NCBI GenBank assembly: GCA_021741765.1
Contig: JAIOXH010000001.1
Location: forward strand, 1-53,391
DNA length: 53,391 nucleotides
Source: Aurantimicrobium sp.
Lineage (GTDB): Bacteria > Actinomycetota > Actinomycetes > Actinomycetales > Microbacteriaceae
Reading direction: 5' to 3'
Shown: positions 44,806 through 53,391 of the stretch, piece by piece
Layout: every line of letters starts with the position of its first letter
Position numbering within the stretch: the stretch's first letter is position 1
The notes under the pieces: generated by a model
Database searches by the model: none
Seen by the model: the letters and a program-made list of their open reading frames with translations, nothing else
What the model was told of the DNA's origin: nothing
Position numbers and translations under genes: made by a program

Positions 44806-45330
44806 ATGATGTCTTTTGTCCTTGGCGGTGGGTGCTTTTGGTGCCTTGACGCAGCGTATCGAGTGTTGACCGGTGTTTCGGATGTCGTTTCGGGTTACTG
44901 CGGTGGCCAGATTGAGCACCCCACCTACGAGCAAGTGTGCACCGGTCAGACAGGCCATGCCGAGGTCGTTCGCGTTGATTTCGACGAATCGGTGATTCCG
45001 CCAGAGGTCATACTTGACGCGTTTTTTACGATGCACGATCCTCGCCAGCTCAACCGTCAGGGAAACGACGTGGGAACGCAGTATCGCAGCGCAATGTTTT
45101 TCGTGGATGATGCCCAGCGTGTGATGTTTGAGGAGGCACGCGCGCGCGCCGAACAGACCTGGGGCGGGGGAGTCGTCACCACAATTGAACCTCTCGGCGA
45201 GTTTTACGATGCCGAGGATTACCACCAAGATTTTTTTGCCAAGAACCCCGGTCAGGGTTATTGCCTGGCTGTGGCTGTGCCCAAGGTGGCCAAGGTTCGG
45301 GCGGGTTTCGCAAAGTATCTCGCGCCCTAG
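44806..45330 (+). CDS. msrA: Peptide-methionine (S)-S-oxide reductase
   Basis: MMSFVLGGGCFWCLD...GHAEVVRVDFD...DPRQLNRQGNDVGTQYRS. Confidence 0.93.
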   Translation: MMSFVLGGGCFWCLDAAYRVLTGVSDVVSGYCGGQIEHPTYEQVCTGQTGHAEVVRVDFDESVIPPEVILDAFFTMHDPRQLNRQGNDVGTQYRSAMFFVDDAQRVMFEEARARAEQTWGGGVVTTIEPLGEFYDAEDYHQDFFAKNPGQGYCLAVAVPKVAKVRAGFAKYLAP

Positions 45331-45472
45331 TTTTTCTACCTCCCGGCTCGCGCCTCACCCCTCCACAGGCTGACAGCGCTGGCCTGCTCCCCGATTATGG
45401 GTGCGGGTGATGGCGGCGTCCTCGCCCCGGGCCACACTGAGGGCGTTCATTAGCCATCAGTAGGGAGCATTT

Positions 45473-45922
45473 ATGTCTGACACCATCTCGGTCACGGGTC
45501 TCGTGGCCACCACGCCTCGACACATCACGACGAGTGAGGGACTAGCCATCACCTCATTTCGTCTCGCGTCGAGCCAGCGCCGCTACGATCGAACCCAACA
45601 GCGCTGGATCGATGCCGACACCAACTGGTACACCGTGTCGTGCTTTCGTGGACTGGCCAGCAACGCGGCCGACTCGGTAGTGAAAGGCGACCGCGTCATG
45701 GTCTCTGGTCGGCTCAAGATCCGCGACTGGGAGAACACCGATCGGTCGGGAACCACCGTCGAAATCGAGGCAGAAAACCTTGGTCACGACCTCTTCTGGG
45801 GAACCAGCACATTCACGCGTACCCTCACTTCGGGATCTGATGAGTCGGGTAATTCTGTCGCGGAGAACACAGATTTCACCGACAGCGCGAACGACGACGG
45901 GTGGGTCGCGGTCTCGGCCTAA
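45473..45922 (+). CDS. ssb: Single-stranded DNA-binding protein paralogue (SsbB-like)
   Basis: OB-fold pattern: ISVTGLVATTPR...SFRLAS......WYTVSCFRGLASNAADSVVKGDRVMVSGRLKIRDWE. It has no Gly-rich tail and no terminal acidic D-D-x-P-F tip. Confidence 0.82.
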   Translation: MSDTISVTGLVATTPRHITTSEGLAITSFRLASSQRRYDRTQQRWIDADTNWYTVSCFRGLASNAADSVVKGDRVMVSGRLKIRDWENTDRSGTTVEIEAENLGHDLFWGTSTFTRTLTSGSDESGNSVAENTDFTDSANDDGWVAVSA

Positions 45923-45946
45923 CCGGCCGGCTTACTCAACAAGCTT

Positions 45947-45992
45947 GGCAACCTGTGGGGTCGACTTCGGAGTCCTCACAGGTTGCCTTCTT
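45947..45992 (+). terminator. Terminator candidate after ssb
   Basis: GGCAACCTGTG (45947-45957) / CACAGGTTGCC (45977-45987), an 11-bp stem with a long 19-nt loop, followed by TTCTTC. Confidence 0.5.
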
Positions 45993-46039
45993 CGCCCGCC
46001 TTACACTGGAGTCAGACTTTTACCACTCTAGGGGAACAC

Positions 46040-46534
46040 ATGAGGCTATTCGCAGGCGCGGCCCTTGTGTCGAGTGTCGCTGTCCTGTTGGCAGGATGCG
46101 CCAGTCTCGGCGTTGCGGGCGGATCAGATTCTTCAAGCACTGCTCCCAGCACGAGTGCACCCGAGGTGCACCCCACGCCATCCGGCCCAAAGCCCAATTT
46201 TCAACCGACCGTCGATCCCACATCTGCGCAGGCTAACCAGCGTCTGTTCGTCATATTGCTCGAGCAGGGCATCGTCGCGGAGGGCATTTCGGCAAACCCG
46301 GCGGCAACTGCAGAGCGTCTTCGGGCGTCCGGTTTTGATGCCGCCGGAATATCGTGGACCGACAGTTCGACGGCCATCGGCCTGCTTTCCGACACGGTTT
46401 TCGTCTCTGCTCAAGTCGGGAGCGACTGTCTCATCGGTCAATACGGCACGTCGATTCAGACAATCGCTGTCGCTATTGCACCTGTTCTACCCGCCGGCGG
46501 TTGCCTCGTCGGGGCAGACATCAATCGCTTCTAG
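46040..46534 (+). CDS. Hypothetical lipoprotein
   Basis: MRLFAGAALVSSVAVLLAGC lipobox followed by a Ser/Pro-rich linker. I chose ATG 46040 rather than the track start 45983. Confidence 0.7.
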   Translation: MRLFAGAALVSSVAVLLAGCASLGVAGGSDSSSTAPSTSAPEVHPTPSGPKPNFQPTVDPTSAQANQRLFVILLEQGIVAEGISANPAATAERLRASGFDAAGISWTDSSTAIGLLSDTVFVSAQVGSDCLIGQYGTSIQTIAVAIAPVLPAGGCLVGADINRF

Positions 46535-46543
46535 ACTTAGCCC

Positions 46544-48226
<1,683 letters not shown>

Positions 48227-48242
48227 CTGAGGTTCTCTTTCT

Positions 48243-48728
48243 ATGCGACTTCACGTTCCGATTGGCCTGCGCTGGTCTGACCTCGATGCTTACGGACACG
48301 TCAACAATGCGGCCATGTTTGGTTTACTCGAGGAGGCGCGTATCCACGCTTTCTGGGCGGGCGATGAGTCGTTCGACGGGAGGCCCGACGAGACGGTACC
48401 AGCCACGCGGATTTTTTCCGGAGGGCCCGACGCCGGCACCATCACACTGATAGCTCGACAGCAGGCTGAGTACTTGGCCCCGATTCCGTACCTGCGAGAC
48501 CCGCTCGATGTCGAGATGTGGGTGGGAAAACTCGGCGGCGCCAGCATGGACGTGTGTTATGAGGTCTATTCGCCGTCGGGGGTCGCACCCCGAGTGCTTT
48601 TTGCCCGCGCGCAGACGACCCTCGTGGTGATTGATGCGGGCGAACAAAAACCACGGCGCATCACCGACGCCGAACGAGCTGTCATCGAGCAGATTCTGGA
48701 TGCTCCGCTGGTCTTTCGCGAACGCTGA
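48243..48728 (+). CDS. Hotdog-fold acyl-CoA thioesterase (4HBT/YbgC-like)
   Basis: RWSDLDAYGHVNNAAMFGLLEEAR is the typical 4HBT N-terminal motif. 161 aa. Confidence 0.82.
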   Translation: MRLHVPIGLRWSDLDAYGHVNNAAMFGLLEEARIHAFWAGDESFDGRPDETVPATRIFSGGPDAGTITLIARQQAEYLAPIPYLRDPLDVEMWVGKLGGASMDVCYEVYSPSGVAPRVLFARAQTTLVVIDAGEQKPRRITDAERAVIEQILDAPLVFRER

Positions 48729-48769
48729 CGGTTTCGTTCAGCAGGCGCACGGGCGCGTCTGCCTATGAT

Positions 48770-48782
48770 GGGGGTAAACCCC
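48770..48782. promoter_or_regulatory. Inverted-repeat motif G-GGGGTAAACCCC (copy 1), candidate TetR operator
   Basis: The 12-mer GGGGTAAACCCC (GGGGT/ACCCC arms) recurs exactly at 48906-48917. Confidence 0.3.
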
Positions 48783-48905
48783 TTCACTATTCACGGAAAG
48801 CGAGAGAACGTCATGGCACGTCACACCCCTCGCGAACGCTTGCACGCCGTGGATATGCAGGTTCCCGTCACACGGCTTCTCAACGCCAACTTCTGGCTTC
48901 AGTTT

Positions 48906-48917
48906 GGGGTAAACCCC
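48906..48917. promoter_or_regulatory. Inverted-repeat motif GGGGTAAACCCC (copy 2), candidate TetR operator
   Basis: Exact second copy, ending 9 nt before ATG 48927. Confidence 0.3.
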
Positions 48918-48926
48918 GAGCCGCCG

Positions 48927-49589
48927 ATGCGTGACAAGATACTCTTCACCACGATTGACGACGTGAGTCGGGTGGGTCCGGCTACGTTCAACGTCAAATT
49001 GGTCTGCGAAGCACTCGACGTCTCGTATTCACTGATCAACCACCACTTTGGAAGTCGTGATGAGCTGCTGGCCGAAGCGACGGTCATTGCGTACGCGATG
49101 TACGTGGAAGAACTCTGGCAGAACGTGTCGCTGGCCGAACACACTCCCGAAGCCCGCCTCGAAAGGTGGATTCGAGCGTCCATTTCATGGACGAAACGCA
49201 TGAGTGGCTGGGGCGCGGTGCTCAACTACCCCACGGCCTCGCTTGATGTGACGGAGTTCGTGAACGAGAAATACCGCACCGAGATGACCGAATGGGGAGA
49301 GCTCAATCTCGCCCGGCTTTTCGTGCTCGTTCGAGACGTCCGCCTCGGCCGGGTTTCCGATACACCCCTTGTGCGAGGAAGAGTGCCCAAGGCGCGGTTG
49401 CTGACCGACATCCGTGAGCAACAGGTGATGGCGAGCATCGGGTGGTCAATCCTTGGCGTATCGGTGTGGCATGCGGGTCGCCACCTCCCGACCTCTGACA
49501 TTCCCGAGGTAAATGGCCTGTACGACAAGCTCGTTGATTATCACGTCTCACGACTCATCGTTGAGGCTCGCAGTTTGGGCGCGAGCTAG
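48927..49589 (+). CDS. TetR-family transcriptional regulator
   Basis: HTH region ILFTTIDDVSRVGPATFNVKLVCEALDVSYSLINHHFGSRDELL. Starting at ATG 48927 puts the HTH at the usual distance from the N-terminus and leaves both 12-mer motifs upstream. Alternatives are 48765, 48813 and 48855. Confidence 0.7.
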   Translation: MRDKILFTTIDDVSRVGPATFNVKLVCEALDVSYSLINHHFGSRDELLAEATVIAYAMYVEELWQNVSLAEHTPEARLERWIRASISWTKRMSGWGAVLNYPTASLDVTEFVNEKYRTEMTEWGELNLARLFVLVRDVRLGRVSDTPLVRGRVPKARLLTDIREQQVMASIGWSILGVSVWHAGRHLPTSDIPEVNGLYDKLVDYHVSRLIVEARSLGAS

Positions 49590-49621
49590 CACGGTTCGTC
49601 TTCGTCGACGGCGACGAGAGG

Positions 49622-50482
49622 TCAGTTCGGAACGCGAACCATGCCCTCCTGGGCCACACTGGCTAAGAGAGTTCCGTCGCGCGCGTACAAGCGCCCCGTG
49701 CACAATCCGCGGCCGCCCTGCGCGCTCGGCGACTCCTGCACGTAGAGCACCCACTCGTCGGCGCGTCCATCGCGGTGAAACCACATCGCGTGATCAAGGC
49801 TGGCAGCCCTTAAGCCCTCGGTTGCCCACGGAACGCCATGCCGGCGATAGATGGATTCCAGAATGGTGTAGTCGCTCGCATAGGCAAGAGCAGCGCGATG
49901 GAGGCTTGCATCGTCGGGGAGCTGATCGAGGCAGCGCATCCAGACGGCCTGGTGGGCCACATTCGGCCCCGGCACGTCCACGTAGATGGGGCCGTTGATA
50001 TAGCGGATGTCAAACGGTCGCTGCGCCGCCCAGTAGGAGGCGCGGGGGTGATTAAGTTCGGCAAACAGCTCTGCAGGTTCGGGAAGGGACTCGGGATCCG
50101 GAATGCCCGCGGGCATCGGTTCGGCGTGGTCGAGGCCGGGAACGACCTCCTGAAACGACGCAATCATAGAGAAGATCGGAACACCCTTTTGCAGTCCCTG
50201 TGTGCGCCGCGTACTGAACGAACGTCCATCGTGAATACGATCAACGCTGTACTCGATGGGTTGCGTGTCGTCGCCAGGTCGCAAAAAATAGCCGTGCATC
50301 GAATGCACCGGACGGCTCGAGGGAACTGTGGCGCTCGCCGCAATCAGCGTCTGCGCCAACACCTGACCGCCGAAGACGCGATCGTGGGGCATCTTGATGC
50401 TCGTGGCCACGAAGGTGTCTGCAGCACCGGGTTCGGGGCGGAGCGTGAGTGCTTGAAGCATTGCGGCGACACTGTCGTGCAC
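49622..50482 (-). CDS. tesB: Acyl-CoA thioesterase II
   Basis: Double hotdog: RVFGGQVLAQTLIAA, HSMHGYFLRPGD, SLDHAMWFHR. 286 aa. Confidence 0.9.
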   Translation of the reverse strand: MHDSVAAMLQALTLRPEPGAADTFVATSIKMPHDRVFGGQVLAQTLIAASATVPSSRPVHSMHGYFLRPGDDTQPIEYSVDRIHDGRSFSTRRTQGLQKGVPIFSMIASFQEVVPGLDHAEPMPAGIPDPESLPEPAELFAELNHPRASYWAAQRPFDIRYINGPIYVDVPGPNVAHQAVWMRCLDQLPDDASLHRAALAYASDYTILESIYRRHGVPWATEGLRAASLDHAMWFHRDGRADEWVLYVQESPSAQGGRGLCTGRLYARDGTLLASVAQEGMVRVPN

Positions 50483-50531
50483 GGTACCCCTCTCGACGGT
50501 AGTGGCGATTCTCTCGCTAGTTTAGGTAGCA

Positions 50532-51176
50532 ATGGATGATGAACTCGTACTCGCCTCGGCGCTCGACCTCGCAGATCTGACGACCTTCATGTCGCGCTCG
50601 GCAGCTCTCGGTTGTGAACACGTGCGCGTGAGCGCTCACGGCAGCCTGCTTGTGGTGTCGGTGGGGGTACTCACGCGAGCCTCGCTGCTCGACACCACAC
50701 CCATCGTGTTGGGTGTGCGTGTCTTCGAACTGGCCACGCCCTCACGCCTCGATCGGGTGATTCTGGTGCGGGCCCTCACAGATCGTCTCGCCCGAGTTGA
50801 ACTGACTCTGCCAATGCCCCCCGTTGTCCCCGGTGTTAGCTGGTCGGGGGTTGCGCCACCCTCTGGAGGATGGTCACCGGTGGGTACGGTTTCAGAAGGC
50901 GAGCTCGAATCCATCGCTCGCGAGGGCATTGCCGAGGTTGCCAGCGTCTCAGGAAAGGGCGCCATCATCGTGGCGCGTGTTCGCACGGAGGTGTGGTCGC
51001 GCATGCGCCAACTCTCGGGAATCGAAGCGCCGGCGGGTGTTGCGTTTGCTGCCTACGGACTCGGATTTCTCTCCTCGGATCCCAGCGCAGCTCAAGAACC
51101 CTCAGTCGTGAGCGTGAGTCGCGCCGCCAACTGGACGCGCTTCACCTCACCTCGCGGGCACGTCATCTTGCGCTAG
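50532..51176 (+). CDS. Conserved hypothetical protein
   Basis: 214-aa ATG ORF with coding-like composition. I recognise no motif. Confidence 0.55.
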   Translation: MDDELVLASALDLADLTTFMSRSAALGCEHVRVSAHGSLLVVSVGVLTRASLLDTTPIVLGVRVFELATPSRLDRVILVRALTDRLARVELTLPMPPVVPGVSWSGVAPPSGGWSPVGTVSEGELESIAREGIAEVASVSGKGAIIVARVRTEVWSRMRQLSGIEAPAGVAFAAYGLGFLSSDPSAAQEPSVVSVSRAANWTRFTSPRGHVILR

Positions 51177-51205
51177 CGCGGCGAACGGCGCAATGCACGC
51201 CTGGG

Positions 51206-51607
51206 TCAGCCCGGGATCTCGTCGGGCTGATTTGTCATGGCGTGGGCGGCGCGATCCACGTAATCCAGCATCTCTTCTTCGTGCAAGGGCGCGAGCCCGA
51301 GGGACTCGATGGCACCGGTCATGTGCACGAGCCAGCGCTCGCGGGCCTCGGCGTTGATGTGAAACGGCATGTGCCTCATGCGGAGCCGCGGGTGACCGCG
51401 CGTATCGGAGTACTCGGTGGGACCACCCCAGTACTGCTCGAGAAAAAGTTGAAGCCTGACGCGGGCGGGTTCAAGATCTTCTTCCGGGTACATAGGGCGC
51501 AGCACCGGGTCGTCGGCCACGCCACGGTAGAACTCTCTCGTGAGCTTTTCGAAGGTCGCGTGACCGCCCACTTGATCGAAGTAAGAAGATTCGTTCACAA
51601 CGCTCAC
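51206..51607 (-). CDS. glbO: Group II truncated haemoglobin
   Basis: YFDQVGGHATFEKLTREFY...DPVLRPMYPE...LFLEQYWGGP..YS...GHPRLRMRH.PF matches trHbO. Confidence 0.9.
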   Translation of the reverse strand: MSVVNESSYFDQVGGHATFEKLTREFYRGVADDPVLRPMYPEEDLEPARVRLQLFLEQYWGGPTEYSDTRGHPRLRMRHMPFHINAEARERWLVHMTGAIESLGLAPLHEEEMLDYVDRAAHAMTNQPDEIPG

Positions 51608-52266
51608 AGGGCGCGCGAGTGATCGGGAGCCGACTTCTTATGGCCTTTCCTGGCACTGGCCACGCGCCGTGGCGCGCCCTTGGTTGCTTCGTACGAGAAG
51701 TTGCCCACCCGAAGAATTTCGCCGTTGCGAACGAACCAGATCACACCGGCGTCGTCGCGCAGGGTGGTGATGCGCACTCCCACCGCTTCGACAGTTCCAA
51801 CCGCGAGGCCGAGGTCGACCTTGTCGCCCACCCCCAATTGGTCTTCGAGCACCATAAGAAATCCGCTGATCACATCCTTGATGATGTTCTGAGCGCCGAA
51901 GGCCAGCGCGGCACCAATGATTCCGGCGGAGGCAAGAACGGCTGCCACGGGAATGCCGAGCAACTGCATGATGATGATCAGGGCGACCCCGGCCACCACC
52001 CACGTCACAAAGTTGTCGAGCACCGTGCCCATCGTGCGTGTGCGCTGAACGATGCGCGGATTTGAGGGATTCTTCTGTGCCACAATCACGGGATCTGAAG
52101 AGGTGGCTTTCTTGCGCGCGTCGGTGACAATGCGGTGGACAACGAGGCGGTTGATCGCCACGAGGGCAAAGCGAACCCCGACGGCCGCCGCGGCCACAAT
52201 CACCGCAGAAATCAGCGGAGCGAACGGCTCGAGGGCAGGCCACGCATTCGTCCACATGTCGTTCAT
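51604..52266 (-). CDS. Small-conductance mechanosensitive channel family protein
   Basis: TM helices followed by IIKDVISGFLMVLEDQLGVGDKVDLG...GTVEAVGVRITTLRDDAGVIWFVRNGEI (MscS beta-domain pattern). ATGA-type overlap with glbO. Confidence 0.8.
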   Translation of the reverse strand: MNDMWTNAWPALEPFAPLISAVIVAAAAVGVRFALVAINRLVVHRIVTDARKKATSSDPVIVAQKNPSNPRIVQRTRTMGTVLDNFVTWVVAGVALIIIMQLLGIPVAAVLASAGIIGAALAFGAQNIIKDVISGFLMVLEDQLGVGDKVDLGLAVGTVEAVGVRITTLRDDAGVIWFVRNGEILRVGNFSYEATKGAPRRVASARKGHKKSAPDHSRAL

Positions 52267-52269
52267 TGA

Positions 52270-53391
52270 CTAGTCTTCCGCAGCGTCTCGGGCCTGCGCG
52301 GCCAAAGCCCGGTCGACCCCAGCGAGGTTCTCCACGACGAGGCGACGCAACGCCGGTTCGTCAGTGTTATCGGCGAGCCAGGCCTGTGAGGCCGCCTGCA
52401 GATCCTTGTTCGCGAGTGCGGCGGGGTAGAAGTCCACCACAAGGGTTTCGGCAATTTGGAACGAGCGGTCCTTCCAGATGCGCTTCAGCGAAGAGAAGTA
52501 CTGGGGAACGAACCCCTCCAGGAGAGCGGTGTCGGCCGCGCGCAGGAATCCGAGGCCCGTGTTGCGAATGATCAGGTTTGACGCAGAGTCATCAACGAAA
52601 ACCGAGTCCCACGCTCGCTGCTTGCCCGCCACGGTGGGCACGGCAGCCCGCGCGTGCGCAGCCGACTGCTGGCCGGTGGCCGTGTTGTCTTCTGCCAGGT
52701 AGGCATCAACGTCATCTTCGTTGCAGCGCCCACCGGCTACCAGCGCAATCAGCAGGTCCCACCCGAGGTCGGTGTCGATGTCGAGGCCGCCGAGAGAAAT
52801 ATGACCCCCGCGCAGAGCGGCGACGGTATCTAGTTGTTCTTCGGTGCGCGACAGGGCCGAGAATGCTTTAACAAACTGGAACTGGTTATCGCTACCGGCC
52901 TCGGCCGCCTGAGCCAACGTCCACATGAGATCGCCCGCTTCTCGAATGCGAGTAGTACGAGTCGTTGGCGAGGTGTAAAAAGTGAGCGCGGTGGCGAATT
53001 GCGCGAGGGTGGTGCGCACGGTGGTGGACTCGCTTTCAGCCGCAATGTTTCCGGCAACGAGGTCGAGGAACTGGCGTGCCGGCAATTCGGCGTCTCGCGT
53101 GGCATCCCAAATGGCCCCCCAAACGAGCGAGCGAGCCAGCGGGTCGGCAATGCGCGCCAGGTTGGCAATGGCAAACGCCACCGAGTCCGCATCGAGTCGG
53201 ATCTTGGCGTAAGCGAGGTCATCGTCGTTGAGCAGAATTAGCCCCGGGCGCTTTCGACCAACGAGCTCGGGCACCTCGGTACGGATTCCGTGCACGTCGA
53301 GTTCGATACGGTGAGTGCGCTTTATCGAACCGCCCTCGAGGTCGTAGAAGCCGATGGCCATGCGGTGGGGGCGAATAGTGGGCCACGCGAC
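52270..53391 (-). CDS. pepN: Aminopeptidase N, C-terminal part (5' end lies beyond the right window edge)
   Basis: LILLNDDDLAYAKIRLD...DPLARSLVWGAIWDATRDAELPARQFLDLV is typical of the actinobacterial PepN ERAP1_C-like domain. The frame stays open from 53361 to the window end. Confidence 0.85.
   Translation of the reverse strand, partial: VAWPTIRPHRMAIGFYDLEGGSIKRTHRIELDVHGIRTEVPELVGRKRPGLILLNDDDLAYAKIRLDADSVAFAIANLARIADPLARSLVWGAIWDATRDAELPARQFLDLVAGNIAAESESTTVRTTLAQFATALTFYTSPTTRTTRIREAGDLMWTLAQAAEAGSDNQFQFVKAFSALSRTEEQLDTVAALRGGHISLGGLDIDTDLGWDLLIALVAGGRCNEDDVDAYLAEDNTATGQQSAAHARAAVPTVAGKQRAWDSVFVDDSASNLIIRNTGLGFLRAADTALLEGFVPQYFSSLKRIWKDRSFQIAETLVVDFYPAALANKDLQAASQAWLADNTDEPALRRLVVENLAGVDRALAAQARDAAED

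Noticed and set aside
44764-45228. 5' extension of the minus-strand membrane-protein ORF running through msrA
   Set aside because: msrA (GGCFWC motif) occupies the opposite strand. The internal ATG at 44763 gives a sensible N-terminus with a TM anchor.
49602-49617. Short hairpin TCGTCG-ACGG-CGACGA between the convergent TetR and tesB genes, as a terminator
   Set aside because: The stem is only 6 bp with no U-tract. That is too weak to call from sequence alone.

Overview
This looks like a high-GC actinobacterial chromosome segment, Microbacteriaceae-like judging by protein style and gene order (not verified). All calls rest on reading the ORF track and the nucleotides by eye; no BLAST, HMM or folding was run. 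I count about 55 protein genes, 2 tRNAs (His-GTG, Arg-TCT) and 1 TPP riboswitch. I recognised no rRNA, CRISPR, transposase or integrase. Gene order, left to right: (1) gatB. (2) A tightly packed six-gene minus-strand operon (8824 to 1821): PEP-utiliser swivelling-His protein, AccB-like BCCP, biotin carboxylase, pyruvate/oxaloacetate-type carboxyltransferase, HAD-IIA phosphatase, SDR. It is divergent from IclR plus acetoacetyl-CoA synthetase across an AT-rich region that carries two near-identical palindromic boxes. (3) dinB. (4) A TPP-riboswitch-controlled ykoEDC ECF transporter with a translationally coupled uridine-kinase-like P-loop protein. (5) tRNA-His and orn. (6) An MBL-Rieske fusion. 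(7) An 1100-aa secreted wall protein with peptidoglycan-binding domains nested inside Ig-like modules and an 18-nt coding tandem repeat. (8) alsD. (9) pntAB bracketed by two DUF4239-like paralogues. (10) An accessory-looking stretch (about 28.5-35.7 kb): four tandem paralogous Cys-containing lipoproteins, an orphan 265-aa protein, YqhA, an LDH/MDH-like dehydrogenase, a GNAT-AAA+ fusion, a small membrane protein, tRNA-3'-end-like repeats and tRNA-Arg. (11) Ordinary housekeeping: DUF427, OpuC-type ABC transporter, TehA-like channel, S1 protease, DAG-kinase-like lipid kinase, CPA2 antiporter plus KhtT-like regulator, msrA, an ssb paralogue, ettA, thioesterases, TetR, tesB, glbO, an MscS-like channel, and a partial pepN. 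My best candidate for an undescribed system is the swivelling-His plus biotin-carboxylase operon beside acetoacetyl-CoA synthetase. The lipoprotein family and the GNAT-AAA/LDH-like pair come second.
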